Of a stretch of 24,977 nt of DNA, positions 23,592 through 24,977 are shown piece after piece. A program made the position numbers and the translations under genes. The stretch is from the IMG/VR virus record IMGVR_UViG_3300037791_000044, positions 1 through 24,977 of that record. The stretch is one strand, 5' to 3'. The DNA is from a virus (lineage: Duplodnaviria; Caudoviricetes). Each line of letters starts with the position of its first letter. Positions within the stretch are counted from its first letter, which is position 1. A model generated the notes under the pieces. The model worked only from the letters and a program-made list of their open reading frames with translations, ran no database searches and was not told the DNA's origin.

Positions 23592-24977
23592 GTGATGGCC
23601 AGCCTCCCGTCCGACCCGTTCGCGACCGGCATCGCCGCTTTCGCCGAGGATCTGCGCGCCGGCCGCACCACGGCTGTTGCAGCGACCGAGGCGTGTCTGG
23701 AGCGGATTGCGGCGCTGAACCCGAAACTCGACGCGTTCCAACTGGTTGACGGCACCCGCGCCCGCGCCGCCGCCGCTGCGATCGATGCGCTGCTGGCCGC
23801 CGGCACCGATTTGGGTCCCCTGATGGGCGTGCCGATCGGGGTGAAGGACATCATCGTGGTCGAAGGCCTGCCGACCACCAACGGCTCGCTGTCCGACACC
23901 GCACACCTGAACGGCCCCGAGGGCACCATCATCCAGCGCCTGAAAGAGGCTGGGTGCATCATCCTGGGCAAAACCAAAACGGTCGAGTTTGCGCTCGGCG
24001 CCACCGGTGTGAACGAGGCGCGGGGCACCCCGTGGAACCCGTGGGATTCGAGCATCCGGCGCATCCCCGGCGGCTCCTCTAGCGGCTCGGCGGTGGCGAC
24101 GGCGGCGGGGCTTTGTGCGTTCGCTTTGGGCACCGATACCGGCGGATCCGTCCGCATTCCGGCCTGTTTCACGGGATTATTCGGCCATAAAACCACGGTC
24201 GGGCTGTGGCCGACCGACGGCGTCTTCCCACTCTCCCCCACCCTCGACAGCATCGGCCCGCTGTGCCGGAACGCGGGCGACGCGGCCATCGTGCACGCGG
24301 TGATCACCGACGCCGCCGTGCCGATGCCCGCCCAGCTTGAGGGCATGCGCCTGGGCCGCCCCGGAGCGCCCTTCACCGACGATCTGGACGAGACCGTCCG
24401 CGCCACGTTCGAGGCTGCCGTGGTCGCCCTGCAGGCCGCCGGTGTCGAGATCGTCGACATCGACGTGCCCGAGGCGGCGGAGCGCGGCAAGCTGTTCCCC
24501 GCCATCGTCCCGCCCGAGCTGATCGCCCGCCTCTCCCCCGAAGGCTTTGCCCAAGCCCGCGACAAGATGGACCCCACCACCGCCGTGCGCGCCGCAGGCG
24601 GGCTTGAGATCTCCGCCGTCGACCACCTCGCCGCCCAATACCGCCGGGTCGAGCTGGAGCGGATCGCGGCGGGTAAGCTGGAGGGCCTGGACGGCTGGAT
24701 CACCCCCACCTGTCCGTTCGTGCCCATGCCGGTCGACGCCCTGCAACACCCCGAGGAGGCCAAGCGCGCGCTGCTGTCCTCCCGCAACACCCAGGCGGCC
24801 AACCTGTTCGGCATCTGCGCGTCCAGCCTGCCGATCACCCAGTTCGGCGCGCACCTGCCGGTCGGCCTGATGCTGATGTGCGGCCGGGGTGAGGATTCCG
24901 AACTCCTCTCCCGCTCGATGGCCCTTGAACACGTCCTCGGCACCGGCCCCGCTCCCGATCTCGACGGGTTTGAGTGA
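23592..24977 (+). CDS. Amidase signature family enzyme (461 aa), probably a host gene
   Basis: AGGAG RBS. Lys-cisSer-Ser triad motifs 'GVPIGVKD', 'GGSSSGS' and 'GTDTGGSVRIPA'. Strong high-GC codon bias. Start is GTG 23592 or ATG 23595. Confidence 0.93.
   Translation: MMASLPSDPFATGIAAFAEDLRAGRTTAVAATEACLERIAALNPKLDAFQLVDGTRARAAAAAIDALLAAGTDLGPLMGVPIGVKDIIVVEGLPTTNGSLSDTAHLNGPEGTIIQRLKEAGCIILGKTKTVEFALGATGVNEARGTPWNPWDSSIRRIPGGSSSGSAVATAAGLCAFALGTDTGGSVRIPACFTGLFGHKTTVGLWPTDGVFPLSPTLDSIGPLCRNAGDAAIVHAVITDAAVPMPAQLEGMRLGRPGAPFTDDLDETVRATFEAAVVALQAAGVEIVDIDVPEAAERGKLFPAIVPPELIARLSPEGFAQARDKMDPTTAVRAAGGLEISAVDHLAAQYRRVELERIAAGKLEGLDGWITPTCPFVPMPVDALQHPEEAKRALLSSRNTQAANLFGICASSLPITQFGAHLPVGLMLMCGRGEDSELLSRSMALEHVLGTGPAPDLDGFE

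Noticed and set aside
23477-24943. 488-aa minus-strand ORF (and 24177..24932)
   Set aside because: Antisense shadow of the amidase, which has full catalytic motifs. Such shadows are typical of high-GC codon bias.
23592-24977. Amidase as phage endolysin or as gatA
   Set aside because: It is an amidase-signature enzyme, not an N-acetylmuramoyl-L-alanine amidase. No gatC lies upstream, so no gene symbol is assigned.

Overview
GC-rich, probably alphaproteobacterial DNA (taxon inferred from protein similarity). Positions 1-21491 (minus strand) hold an apparently intact siphovirus-type virion assembly cluster. In transcription order it runs: TerS, a TerL resembling the RcGTA family, tail terminator, DUF4055-type portal, scaffold, P22-coat-like major capsid, adaptor, head closure, tail tube, frameshifted tail chaperones, tape measure, tail tip proteins and a fibre/receptor-binding protein. 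It probably continues beyond the left edge. Directly upstream is a compact switch: a self-cleaving S24 (CI/LexA-like) repressor divergent from a two-gene operon ending in a DUF6362-like putative late regulator, then a sigma70-like late promoter with a structured leader. On this side there is no replication, recombination or integrase gene and no visible att site, and a host amidase begins 20 nt after the repressor. This suggests a domesticated gene-transfer-agent-like element or a reduced prophage. Two cargo blocks interrupt the head module. One is a peptidoglycan-binding-domain protein with hydrophobic helices plus two AT-rich paralogous membrane proteins (candidate toxin-immunity). The other is a RexAB-like gene pair plus two exported proteins. 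Family names come from motif recall, not database searches.
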